Shown here: piece by piece, positions 23,986 to 35,544 of the stretch
How positions within the stretch are numbered: the stretch's first letter is position 1
Layout: each line of letters opens with the position of its first letter
DNA from: Podospora anserina
Lineage: Eukaryota
NCBI GenBank assembly: GCA_017654855.1
Contig: CM030332.1
Location: 1,922,001 to 1,986,000, forward strand
Length of the DNA stretch: 64,000 bases
Direction: 5' to 3'
Translations under genes and position numbers: made by a program
Notes under the pieces: generated by a model
Told to the model about the DNA's origin: nothing
Database searches by the model: none
The model's input: only the letters and a program-made list of their open reading frames with translations

Positions 23986-24918
23986 TCACTCGTAGGCATA
24001 ATACTGCCGTGGCCAAATATTCATCGCCGTCTTCTGCCCACTCTCCAACGGTAGACCGGCGTGTTTCGTGCGCGTGTCCCCCGTGCCGTTGGGATGTAGA
24101 TTGATCCAGAACAAAGAATTACCAGCAACAGGTCGGAATGCCAGTCCCCCATCTTCATGCTCCCTCCACAGTGGTTTCTGTTGCTCCCCACCCCCGCTTT
24201 CCCTTTGAGTGATTCCAGGTTGCTCCCCCTTGGGGCCGGGTGCGACTATGCTCTTTGCAAAAGGAAAGTATGTTTCACCGCCTGTGCAGTCGTCCTCCAG
24301 AATGACAAAGAAGCTCGCAAGCCTGTTCCATGTATTCCAGCTCCCATCGTCTGCCCAGAGCGGACTGGCGAACCAGTCATGGTGCAGGGTGAATTGCTGT
24401 CCGGTTGTGTATCGAACCAGCTGAGGTTGACCCATCTCATCCCAGCCATCGCGGAACATGTTACCCAAGAAATTGCGAGCTCGCTTGAGGACGCATTGTA
24501 CTGTCGGGTTGTCTTCTGGTAGTCCAGCAGAGCTCGACGTCCGTTCCTTTGTGTTTTGTTGGCGACCTCCCTTGGTGACTTTTGATGGAGCAAATTCGGG
24601 CTCGCCAGCTAGGAGGAGCTGGGTAGTCTCAGTCGGGGTAATGAGGTTGTGTATGTAGATAATCAACGGGTCAAGAGAGACCAGCTCAGTGCGGTAGGAG
24701 TGGGAGGTATCGCAGGAGAAGGGCGCCTTGGTGCTGACGGGCTCACTCCCCGTGTTATTCTTCAAGAATGAAAGACTCAGAGGGACTTTAGCAACAGGAA
24801 GATCAGTGATGAAGGATGTGATTTGTGGTGGAGCGATCCTAATGAAGTATGGTATCCCTAATCCGAGCAGAGCTGCTCCAGCAGAGATACCCGCCACCTT
24901 GGCCACGTTTGTAGTCAT
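23986..24918 (-). CDS. Prolyl 4-hydroxylase alpha-like 2OG-Fe(II) dioxygenase with N-terminal membrane anchor
   Basis: SLDPLIIYIHNLI, RTSSSA, QLVRY, HHD, GGETYFP, HAGLP and K-TAMNIW give the HxD...H triad plus the 2OG-binding Lys. Confidence 0.85.
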   Translation of the reverse strand: MTTNVAKVAGISAGAALLGLGIPYFIRIAPPQITSFITDLPVAKVPLSLSFLKNNTGSEPVSTKAPFSCDTSHSYRTELVSLDPLIIYIHNLITPTETTQLLLAGEPEFAPSKVTKGGRQQNTKERTSSSAGLPEDNPTVQCVLKRARNFLGNMFRDGWDEMGQPQLVRYTTGQQFTLHHDWFASPLWADDGSWNTWNRLASFFVILEDDCTGGETYFPFAKSIVAPGPKGEQPGITQRESGGGEQQKPLWREHEDGGLAFRPVAGNSLFWINLHPNGTGDTRTKHAGLPLESGQKTAMNIWPRQYYAYE

Positions 24919-26391
24919 GTCGAGTCGCGCAAACTGGCATCAGAGAGCAAGACAAAACGTGCCCCAGAGACTGATGAACGTCGCACCTACAAGCTGATAT
25001 AGCACCCCAACACAAAGAGTGGCCCAGCCCATCCTTTCTCCATCCTGCTCATACCAGTCCCTCCTGGAGCATCCTCCTCCGCCACCAAGCATCCAGATAT
25101 TCAAACCCGCTGCCACCAAAACTGATTCTGTCATCTCCCCTCCCAAAATCGACGATTGCATAACCTTGCGCAAAAAATGCCAGGCCAAGAAGACCTCAAG
25201 GAGGGTGTCTCGACAAGCTCACTGGCCGGGGAAAGCAGAGCCAAGCCGTCGCAGCTGTTGTCCGATCTGTTTCTAAATGGTGGGTGACATGGCGGCTTTT
25301 GATCTGACGAATGGTGTTTACGATCCTGTAATTTTCCGGCATCCAGTCTCAGCGGTGGGAGGTTACCCCGACATAACGCCCTCAGGAACCCGGTCTGGGT
25401 AGCAGTTCTGTCCGGTTATTTCGGTAGGACTTGACCACAGAGGTGATTATGGTCACCGTGATGTTACTCCACCAATCCGCATGACACCGGGCCGTTCTTG
25501 GCTCGGAACCAGCAGACCCCATCGGTCGAGTCGGCGTTGAAAGTCGGTAACGAGGTATGGTCGATATGTTGGATGCGGGGTGTGGCTGTTGGTATGTTTT
25601 GTGACTGTCGAAGGCTTTGTAGGTGGTTGTCGTCTCGTCCCGGAAAGCATTATTCGATCAAGAAAGAATGACAGAAGCTCTGAGGCCAAGTTAATCGATC
25701 CAATCACTGGACAGCATTGCGATAGCAGCCGACCAAGATGTTGAAGGTGTTGTCAAGCTTTGTTGCCTGTTGATATGCCCAGAACGGCTGTACAATGCTC
25801 CAGGGTCACAAACGTTAATTTTCGTGACTTTCCAGGGCTTTAACCAGGGTGATAGCAAGGGACAGAGAGCCACTTACAAAAGTGTCACACCAGGTCACTC
25901 TTTTTGTATTTCTATGGGAGTGTACTTGGCCTTGCATTTTCACTGCCTTTGACGCTTAGGCCAATATTTTCTGTTAAGTGAAGACACCTGGCCTTGGCCT
26001 GGCCTCGGCTACCCTCACAAAATACTGGCCAATTTCTCGGCCTTCCAGCCTGGTTTTATTGGGAGTGGTCCCCTGGTGCCCCCTTGTTGAGTGGCCTTGG
26101 CAAGTACCAGACTAGCGTTTATCATCCTGGAGGGTTGTATCTGACGAGGTTCAAATTGGACACCGAAGACTTATTGGCTGCAGCTGAACGGTCCAGACCT
26201 CTAGGCCCTTTCCATGCCCCTGGCGGTTGCTGCCTCTGTAAAGAGACGTCGTTCCAGTATAAAGCTGTATCTTGTTAACAGAATGGAGTGAGTCATCGAG
26301 GGAAACAGCGAGCCATAGTGCATTGAGTGATCTCTCAAAGTCAGTTTGTCTGCATTAAGTGTTATTACAAAGGAGAGTTATTCATGCCCTT

Positions 26392-27243
26392 CTACTTCCT
26401 CGCTGCCGACATCATAGCCCCCATATTCCCAGCAATCGTCCCTCCATCCACGAGAATATCCGTCCCCGTAACATACGACGCCTCGCTCCCAGCCAAAAAG
26501 GCAACCACGCTCGCAATTTCGTCCGCCGTCCCTCCCCTCTGCAGCGGCGTCCCAGAGATAATCTGCTTGATCGTCTCCCCATGCGGCGACTCCAACTCCT
26601 GTCTCACCATCGCCGTCAGAATAACTCCCGGGCTGACACTGTTGATCCTAGCACCCTTCTCTGCCCAAGCCCTTGCCGCCGCCTGAACCCTCAGATAATT
26701 CGCAGCCTTTGATAGGGAATACGCCATGGACGGGTCATTCTTCTCCACCAATTCCTTCAACTCTGGCCTATCCAGGATTGTATCCCTCCCGCTCGTGGCA
26801 AAATGCGCTGCCAGATCTGGTGATGGTTGTGCGCCGAAGCGAGCCATGCTCGCGATGCAAATCATGCTGCCTCCCGGGGCCACGACCTCTCGGAAAGCGT
26901 CGATGACGTTGACTGTGCCGAGTAAATCGACCTTGAAGATGCGGTCTGCGGGTGCCATGGCTGGGGATAGGCCGGCTGTGTGAACGATGGTTTCGAGTCT
27001 TCCTGCTTGCGCAGCGGCAGAGGCAAACTTCTGAACAGAGGCATAGTCCGAGACATCGATGAGCTGCGTTTGGACTTCGTGTCCATCGTTTCTCAGCGAT
27101 GTGGCCGCGCTGTCGAGGTTGGCTTGGGAGAAATCGGAGAGGAAGAGAGTTGTGCGGGCTGAAGAGAGGGCAAGACGGCGAGCAGAGGCAAGACCCATGC
27201 CACCGGATCCTATGATTGCTACTACTCTACGAGGGAAAGCCAT
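26392..27243 (-). CDS. Short-chain dehydrogenase/reductase, bacterial-like subfamily; intronless
   Basis: IIGSGGMG, HTAGLSP, IASMA, YSLSK (YxxxK), RINSVSPG and VTGTDILVDGG motifs. Confidence 0.9.
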   Translation of the reverse strand: MAFPRRVVAIIGSGGMGLASARRLALSSARTTLFLSDFSQANLDSAATSLRNDGHEVQTQLIDVSDYASVQKFASAAAQAGRLETIVHTAGLSPAMAPADRIFKVDLLGTVNVIDAFREVVAPGGSMICIASMARFGAQPSPDLAAHFATSGRDTILDRPELKELVEKNDPSMAYSLSKAANYLRVQAAARAWAEKGARINSVSPGVILTAMVRQELESPHGETIKQIISGTPLQRGGTADEIASVVAFLAGSEASYVTGTDILVDGGTIAGNMGAMMSAARK

Positions 27244-29307
27244 AATGGGCAGTATCAGGGGAAATAGTGTGGTTTAAGTCGAATTCAGGGGGTGTTGGGG
27301 GTTAGGGTTGTATGTTTGTAGGGTGTTAACTGAGTATTTCAGCCCTATCTGTTGGTTTCTGGTCAATTATGGGGGTAAGTTGGGTTGCAGAAAGATTATC
27401 CTGTACTTGGGCTTCTTCTCAAAGATATAGTTGAGGGGCACAACGAGGCTGTTCCGACTTCAATTCGCTGGACTGTACTGTCAGCTGATTCTCGCCGACC
27501 CGAAGTTCTGGACTGTACCCTCTCCCGAATTTCCACGGCTCATCAGCAAATTCGGGTCGGCTTGACCGTCGAGACTGCTGGTCTTCAGTCCGAGAGTCCG
27601 TGGCCACAGCCCACACTGTTCGCAGGCCATGGAGACAGCAAGCCCAATGCCGTTCCGGGCCTAGTAGGACAGAGGAATCACCCCGCTGTCCACCCACTTC
27701 AGTGCCGAATCCAACGTGGCCGCACGCTCAAGAAGCCGCTATGTGGGGCTTGGGATTGAAGGGTATCCGCTTATCAGGAGATTTTTGAGACCTCACGGCT
27801 CCACTTTGGACATCACCGGATCTGCTGTCTTGAGAAAAAAGGCAAGGTCCGAATGTAAGTGGTCAGGGACTTGGGAGACATATGGTCGGCGACCAACGGG
27901 ACTTTTTTACCACCACCCTCCTCATGACATGGAAACCTGACGAGTCTTCGTGTTAAGACACTGTCAACTTCGTGTCCTGACGACCTGCAAGACCTGTGAT
28001 GAGTGGCCTGTTAAAAGGGGCAATGAGGAGGCTGGAAGCAACACACTTTCAGGAGGTGGTCTATCACGTTTACGCGACCCGCGTGCATGCAAACCGAAGC
28101 ACGAACGAGAAGATTCATGTTGTGCTGTTCGCCAGCATTTTCTTCATTACAGGGGTGAATGTCCTGAAGATGACGTCAGGAACGATGTGAGCACTCACGT
28201 GGGTGACGAAATACCTTGTGCAAATAATTTCAACCCTACTCATTATTCGGCCATCAAACCACCACCAAAAGGGATATTTTCCTCAAAGAAAGTTTCAAAG
28301 CGTCTTGATACAGGCTTATGGCTGTCTAGGATTTTCTTTGGAATTTTTAAACCAAAGTGTGGTGGTGAAAAAGGTACCTGGAGTAGAGGGTCGAGATCCA
28401 TTTGTACAAGTTATTTCGTCACCCACGTGGCACTCAGCGCAAGAGCGGATGAAGCTCTACCCCGAGCTCTGATGCCGGGGAGACGGGGGCTCTTCCCCAG
28501 AAAATCTAGGGTCCAGACCAGATCAGCGTGCCATTCTGCACTTCTGACAAGCATTCATGGAAGCGGATGGCACACGACGGGTTATTTGGTGATCGGTTAC
28601 GGCGGTGAGGGGCTCTCTCGTGAAGAGTGCCATCTCCTGTCGATAGATGTTGTGTCCTCACTTTTGGCTCTCATTATCCAGGTGGTTTTGGCATTCAGAT
28701 TAAATATTCCACCAGACAGTGACACCAGGATTTGCGTATGACGATATCAACTGCAAAGTCCCAGCTTTATCAACTACTTGAAACCATCGGTTGGCAGTCG
28801 TGGAACTCTTATCGTTGGCACTCTACCCCGCATCATAGCCAGGAGGGTGATGACGAGGCAGGTTAGTGAGGCCTGTACATAGTGGATGACAGGAAACAAA
28901 CAAGACGATAATATGATGAACAGGCGATACTACTACCAGGTTAACTTCTCATTGGCCTTTGATGCTCTTTCAAGAGTCACAACAGAAAAGCTTTGTTTGA
29001 GAGCCACACGACTCGTGCCAGAAGCTCGGGTGCTCCGGTGAAAAGGCGGAGGGGAGCGCCGAGACTGCAAAGAAGCCCTGAAAAGCTGAAAAAGCATGGG
29101 CCACATGCCAGATCATACAGTGGGTAGCTTCGTCGTGCTGAAACCGGGAACTTGCAGGCTGGGAAATGCATCGTTGAGCGGATTTTGGCTCGAATTATCG
29201 TCTTTCCCTTCTCCAGCCCTATATAGAAAATTTCTTTGACACTTTGTTTCCTTTATGAAGCTTGGGATCTTTGGTTTTCCCTGTCCACCCGCCCGTGGCG
29301 CCATTGA

Positions 29308-29408
29308 TGACGCCCTTGCTTGTTTCTGGAGACAGTGACGAGGGGACCCTGTCCAGGGCCCGCGCTAATATCCGGGCGCAAGGCAGATGACGCGAGACAC
29401 TACGTCAT
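29308..29408. promoter_or_regulatory. Cluster of CRE/ATF half-sites plus an STRE about 1 kb upstream of the Srk1/Rck2 kinase ATG
   Basis: TGACG at 29308, 29336 and 29388; ATGACGTA on the minus strand at 29401-29408; AGGGG at 29341. Confidence 0.45.
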
Positions 29409-30356
29409 AGCCAAGCTAATTCCCCCCCCCTCCGACAAAATGCAGCCATGCGAGATTGAGAACCTGTTGCGGCATTCTGCCAGGTGACTGGAGTAATTTG
29501 ACTGGGCTTTCCCATCATCTGGGAGCAACGTGTTCGCCTGTTCTACTCTGCCAGTGTAGCGATTTTGACAGCTGTGGGCTTTTGTCTCTGATCGCAGCAG
29601 CTGGTTTGCTTGGAAGCATTTCCTGCCGTCCTGCCATCCATCCTCCCCCCCAACTGGTGCTGTACACCTGACAAATCGAACTTTTTCTGCGGCGGACTTT
29701 GCCCAGGCAAGCGCGTACCAGTTATCGCTCGCTCTATGATGAAAATGATGATGAAAGCGGGTGCCTGAGAGAAGAAAGACATTAAGAAAGCGACGGCCCC
29801 CATCGATTGGTCGACCTCCGCCCCGGTTACATCCCTCAGAAGCCGCAGCCCATCCATTTCTTGGTTCAGTCTCCGTTGCAGCCACAGTGACCTCAGACCC
29901 TCCCACTCCCCCCTCCTACCGATTGCATATCTCCTCGACGATCCCGCCGTCTTGTTCCAGACAAACGTCGTCTGGTCTTCATCGTCATTTTTTTGAGGGA
30001 AACATATCCCCCACCGCACCGCGAGCTCCACTACCCCAAACCTTCCCGTCCTCAACCTTCAATCTTCCCATCATCACCGCTGCTGCTTCTACACTACATC
30101 CCATCGAGAGGAAGATAGATATCAACGAGAAACCGAGAAAACTGCAAGAGTCGACATTTGGCTGTGGATACCGCCAACTTCCTACCTTAGCGCCTTGAAA
30201 GAATAACCTTTTGAGTTTTTCGGCAGGAAAGCCAAGACAGGGTGCTATTGCTGCCCCTCACTGACCGCCAAAAGCACATCTCCACCCAAGATCGAGTCGA
30301 GGACGATCACCACCAGAACAAAGTAAACAGAGGAAGAACAGCGAACACTCGCGATC

Positions 30357-32665
30357 ATGTCGACAATACAGCAACTCAAAAACTTCATCCGTCATGGTAT
30401 GTAGCTTGTCCCCTCTCCGCTGGGCTGTTTTGTGCGCCGCCAGCACCGGGAAGCAGGTGCTGCAGATCACAGCGTGCGACTGCTACTCAGTGGCTTCGTC
30501 CCAAATAACGGAACTCGAAACTGATATCACCGTCACTGTCACAGGCAAACAAGCTCGAGCTGCCAATGCTGACGACTCTGCCCGCACAAAACATGAGCAC
30601 TCTCCTCCCCATTCGCAAGCCCATGCGAAGCAGCACAATATGGCGCCAGCAGTTTCGGAGCCTGTGTACGGAGCGGGTGCCCCACGACAAAACCACGTCG
30701 ATGCCTATTCGACTGCCGGAGATGCCCAAAACAGAGTGGCCCAGGCCGGCCATGTAGCCGCGCACCATGTCGAACCAGCCCAGGGTGTCAGCAGCAAGAC
30801 AAAGAAGAGGGTACCTGACGAAAACATCGCCAAGTTGGTCGCCGAAGAGAATGCCGACAAGAATAAGCTTCCGAGGTATCAAGGTCTCGAGCGCTGGCAA
30901 CTTGTTGAAAAGATGGGAGACGGCGCCTTCAGCAACGTATACCGCGCCCGCGACCTGCAAGGCCAACACGGAGAGGTGGCCATCAAGGTCGTTCGCAAGT
31001 TCGAGATGAACAACATGCAGGTACGTGATATAGCCTGATTCCAGCCTCTTCTTCGTTCCTACCCACGCTTCCCTCTCCTCCTCTCCTATCCTCTCCCTTC
31101 ATTTCCTTTCCTTTTGTTTTTTCTTTTCCTCCGAGTCCCCCTTACCAACATGCGGGACCCGTTTTAGAGCAACAAGCATCTCCATCCGGATTTCAAGCCA
31201 AAGGCTCCCAAAGCAGCAGAGGTGCGAGAAATTTCTTTTCCTTTGTCCCAAGCGCTGTGTTTGTACTTGCAAGCGCATATGTTCAGTCTCTGTGTTCTCA
31301 GTGAACTAACCGCCTGCTTAGCGGGCAAACATTCTCAAAGAAGTTCAGATTATGAAGCAACTCGACCACCCCAATATTGTCAAGTTGATCGACTTTTCCG
31401 AGTCCCAGCACTATTACTTTATTATTCTGGAGCTGGCTCCAGGTGGCGAGCTGTTCCATCAGATCGTTCGCCTGACCTACTTCAGCGAGGAGCTCTCCCG
31501 TCATGTTATCGTCCAAGTGGCCAAGGCGCTTGAGCACCTCCACGAAGAAAAGGGAATCGTTCATCGGTAGGTAGTCTCATGAACTCCTCGTGGCTTGGCA
31601 GTCGTTGTTTGTTAACAATCTACCAGTGATATCAAGCCTGAAAATATTCTTTTCAGCCCCATCCCGATGGTGCCCTCGAAGCACCCGAAGCCCAAGCAAC
31701 CGGGCGACGAGGACAAGGTAGACGAGGGAGAGTTCATCAAAGGGGTGGGTGCTGGAGGTATTGGCCAGATCAAAATCGCAGACTTTGGCCTCTCCAAGAT
31801 TGTTTGGGATAACCAGACCATGACGCCATGCGGTACTGTTGGTTATACCGCTCCCGAAATCGTCAAGGATGAGCGGTACTCAAAGTCAGTTGATATGTGG
31901 GCGCTTGGCTGTGTGCTTTACACCATGTTGTGCGGTTTCCCGCCATTCTACGACGAGAGTATCGAGGTGCTCACCGAGAAGGTTGCCAAGGGGCAGTACA
32001 CCTTCCTCTCCCCTTGGTGGGATGACATCAGCAAGTCGGCCCAGGATTTGATCTCACATCTTCTCTGCGTCGATCCCGAGCAGCGATACACCATCAAGGA
32101 GTTCTTGGCTCATCCCTGGATTCGCGAGTCTGGTCCTACACCACGTGACGAGAAGAAGTCGGCCATGTCGTCAGACGGTGTTTTGAGGGCGTTCGATGCC
32201 ACCAAGCTTGTGGACGGCGACAAGCGCTACGACTTCCGCTCGCCTGCTGCGGTCAATCTGCGTGAGGTGTTTGACGTTGGATACGCAGTCCACAGACAGG
32301 AAGAAGAGGGCAAAAGAAGGAAGCAAATTGGTGGAAAGGCTGGCGTTGATCGTCTTGCCGAGCTGGATGAAGATGCTGAGATGGAGGAGGCACCTGCAGG
32401 CTCGACTCAGCAAATCGAGCAAAGCATGCGCAACACTCAGATTAAGGATCACGAGCAGCGCGGGCGCGATCGATCTCGGAAACCCCATCCTCCGCCTGCC
32501 GCGGCTGAGCAGAAGGGTTATGGTCAGCATTCGGCTACTGTCGCCGCCGCCGCAAGACAGCAAGTTCGTGAACGTCAACGACAGAAGGGTGTTTTCGAGT
32601 TGAACCTTGATGGAGCTACATTATTGGGACGTCGCGGTGCAAAGCCTGCGACTCGGGTGGCGTAG
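30357..32665 (+). CDS. srk1: CAMK-family MAPK-activated protein kinase (Srk1/Rck2 orthologue); exons 30357-30396, 30545-31020, 31168-31221, 31322-31566, 31627-32665
   Basis: N-terminus MSTIQQLKNFIRHG; MGDGAFSNVY, VAIKVVRK, HR|DIKPEN, GVGAGGIGQIKIADFGLSK, TPCGTVGYTAPE and NLREVFDVGYAVHR. All introns are canonical. Confidence 0.93.
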
Positions 32666-33657
32666 AGAGCTCCGGAGCACGAGGATGTCCGCGGGGAGGA
32701 TAGGTTGCAGACAGGCGACGGCAGCGTCAGCCCTTCTGTGCGGCCAGAGGAACTTCCAACACCAATGTTGGAGGTCCCACCAGAGGTTGAGTTCTCTGCT
32801 AATGACCTCAAGGCCTTGGCAGAGACTGTCAGCATCAATGTGAGGGATGGCAGCGAAGGGAATTCGAGGGAGTAACATGGGTTATGGAGTTATGCGTCGG
32901 TGGGACTGGAAGTGGTGCATTTCTGGGAAAGCGTGTGACGGGTAGACACTCTAGGAGGACATGGGCTTCAAGTACAGCTCGGGTGCTCTCTTCTCTGCAT
33001 CAATTTCTTCTTCTTTTCTTCAGGCAATGCATTGCGGTTTCGGTGTAGTGTAAAGGTACCCTATATGAGAGATATCATGGGCGGTGTTAGCGGCAATCGT
33101 TCTTAGTTTACTGTCAATACTTCAAAGCTCACTGGATCGTTTTGTCGTGACATATGATGAGCTCTCCGTTTAATGGCCGCCACATGGCATCTTGGAGTTC
33201 CGAGTGTGGTACCCCAGATCTCTTGTCTCGGACAGTCCTCAATATCGATCAAAGGGGGTTTTACCCGAAACCATGTCTCATTTGGATCCATGGCAGTAGA
33301 ACAATGGGTGGATGCAGGGATTTACATGTAAATGGAACACCATTCCGTTCCTGTGCCCTCTCGTCTTCCATCTGGGAGAAGTTCATGCTCTAAATACCTT
33401 GGTCCATTCCATGAAATTGAAACAAAATTGTCATTACTGCCTCTCAACAACCCTGAAATTCCTACTGTGAAATGTTGGCAGGCGACAATCGAGTGGCGAT
33501 TCCAGTCAGAACTCCTTCGTGGATGCGCATTTGTAGAGGTTCTTTCACGTATATATCTTCTTGGGATCTTCTCCTGTCAAGAACTGTCTAACCAGATCCC
33601 CACCGTTCCTTTACTCGTCTCCAGCTTACACCTACTTCCTGATCCCTCACCGTTGCC

Positions 33658-35544
33658 ATGGCTGACTTAACCAACACCTTCCCAGCCTTCTCCCTCGCCG
33701 GGGTTGCCAATGCAAATGGCTACTGCAGTCTCGCTCTGGCAGAGGCGGTACTGGGATGCGGGACCCTTGATATCGATCTGGGGGGCAGCTCGTTCAGGGC
33801 CGATATTCTGCCTGACAGAATCATCATCTCTGCTACTGAACCGCTCGAGGGGGATGCTTTTCGTGCAGAGGGCAGCTCCACCACCGAGACCGCCGAGACG
33901 ACAAGCAGTGCGACAGGCGTTTCTTCTTTGGTATACCGATTCGCACCACCAGCTGGTCCGGGTGGGCTGTTGTGGGCGCTTGACCTGCAGCAGGCCTCTA
34001 CGTCGACGATTCGATCGACTGTGACATCTACCCGGACGAGCACGAGGACTTCGAAGTCGACTTCTACTTCTACCTCGACTAGGACTTCGACCAGGCCGAC
34101 GACTTCGACATTGACGGTTAGGGCTACTTCGACATCTACTGCCAGGTCTGCTTCTATTTCCGCCGCTAGGTCCGCCTCAACTAGATCTACTTCAACATCA
34201 ACCTCGAGGTCGACTTCCACCTCGACATCGCGATCTACCTTGACACCAAGGCCATCCACCACGTCAACGTCTATTCCAACTGTCAGGTCAGCGTCTACTT
34301 CGACCGTGAGGCCAACCACAACCATCAGATCAACTTCGACCTCGATAAGAACCTCGACCAGGACCTCCACGTCCACCTCGACATCCACCGTAACTCGGAG
34401 ATTCCCCTTTCTGACAATCGGCAGAAGTGCCGCTTCGTCAACCGTTGCACCCGCAGCCATCACCGGCCCCAATTTCCCTGGCGCCCCTCGCTTCCCTCCA
34501 GGAAGAACACTCCATACCTCGTCCTCCTCCTCTTCTCCTGCAACCGCCCCCGTAGCACCGCCCGTCTCCCCAACACGACTCCCCGTTCAAGATCTCCTAT
34601 CCCTCCACGGGGTCCTCAACACCATCCTCGGCCGACGCTCCTACCGCGCCAAGGCACAAGACAAGGACGAACCCGAGCTCAACACCCCCAAAGGCAGCAG
34701 CAACCTCCCCGGCCCCATCCCTCCTGCCTCTCAGGCCGAGGGCGACCAGCCCGATCTGGCCAACAATGCCACCGAACTCATCTCCTCGTCTTGCCCCCGG
34801 CCTGGCGAGTCCAAGCTCGTCGACATCAACATCGACTTGTCGCGCATCAACATCGATCTTGACGTTTATCTCGACATTCTTGGCGGTTCGGCTTCTTCGT
34901 CTGGTGGTGGTGGTCTTGTCTCTGGTTTGCTTGATGGGATTCTCGGTCGGCGGGATCTGAAGGCAAAGGCTGAGGAGAAGGCTGGGGAGGCGAGGGAAAG
35001 GGCTCAGGAGCTCAGGGACCGTCTCAGGGCTGATGCTCGGGAGAAAAAGGAGCGGGTGTTGAAGAAGACGTATGAGGCTAGGTGTGGTGCTGTTCTTGCT
35101 GTTCCCACTGCTGTCTCGTCAGCTGCTCCTTCGGCAACAAGCACCGGGGCTGCTCCTCCTCCTCGTCCTGCCAAGGGTAATAACCGGCTGAGTCGGCCTG
35201 AGCTGCCAGCGGGGGAGGTCACTGAGACGGTTGTTACTGTTGAGGAGGTCAGTGAGGAGGTTGTAGTGGAGGAGTGTATTCTGACGTGTGAGCGGGCGTC
35301 GGTGAAGGCGAGTGTCGAGGCTGGGGAGGTGAGGGGGTGTCTTGGGGTTACGGTGAGGAGGAGGGCGGGGGTGGATAATTGTGTGTATTTTGTTGGTGGG
35401 GTGGAGGTGGAGGATTTGGAGGTTGTGTTGTTGATTGAGGAGGAGGTTCAGGGTGGTAGGTTGGGTGAGGAGGTGGACGAGGACGAGGACGAGGATCTGA
35501 GGAGTGATTCTTTTGTTCCTGTTGGGAGGGTTAGGAGGGAGTAG
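33658..35544 (+). CDS. Ser/Thr-rich (mucin-like) hypothetical protein with a Cys-containing C-terminal domain
   Basis: 628-aa intronless ORF with TATATA about 110 bp upstream; STSTS repeats at about 33995-34400; two ILGRR-x3-AKA units; C-terminal C-x3-C...C...C. No clear signal peptide. Confidence 0.7.
   Translation: MADLTNTFPAFSLAGVANANGYCSLALAEAVLGCGTLDIDLGGSSFRADILPDRIIISATEPLEGDAFRAEGSSTTETAETTSSATGVSSLVYRFAPPAGPGGLLWALDLQQASTSTIRSTVTSTRTSTRTSKSTSTSTSTRTSTRPTTSTLTVRATSTSTARSASISAARSASTRSTSTSTSRSTSTSTSRSTLTPRPSTTSTSIPTVRSASTSTVRPTTTIRSTSTSIRTSTRTSTSTSTSTVTRRFPFLTIGRSAASSTVAPAAITGPNFPGAPRFPPGRTLHTSSSSSSPATAPVAPPVSPTRLPVQDLLSLHGVLNTILGRRSYRAKAQDKDEPELNTPKGSSNLPGPIPPASQAEGDQPDLANNATELISSSCPRPGESKLVDINIDLSRINIDLDVYLDILGGSASSSGGGGLVSGLLDGILGRRDLKAKAEEKAGEARERAQELRDRLRADAREKKERVLKKTYEARCGAVLAVPTAVSSAAPSATSTGAAPPPRPAKGNNRLSRPELPAGEVTETVVTVEEVSEEVVVEECILTCERASVKASVEAGEVRGCLGVTVRRRAGVDNCVYFVGGVEVEDLEVVLLIEEEVQGGRLGEEVDEDEDEDLRSDSFVPVGRVRRE

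Noticed and set aside
27950-28741. 263-aa ORF
   Set aside because: Non-ATG start, no motifs and no coding-like composition; at most a relic.
33720-34472. 250-aa V/E/D-repeat ORF on the minus strand
   Set aside because: Antisense mirror of the Ser/Thr repeats of ORF 33658..35544.
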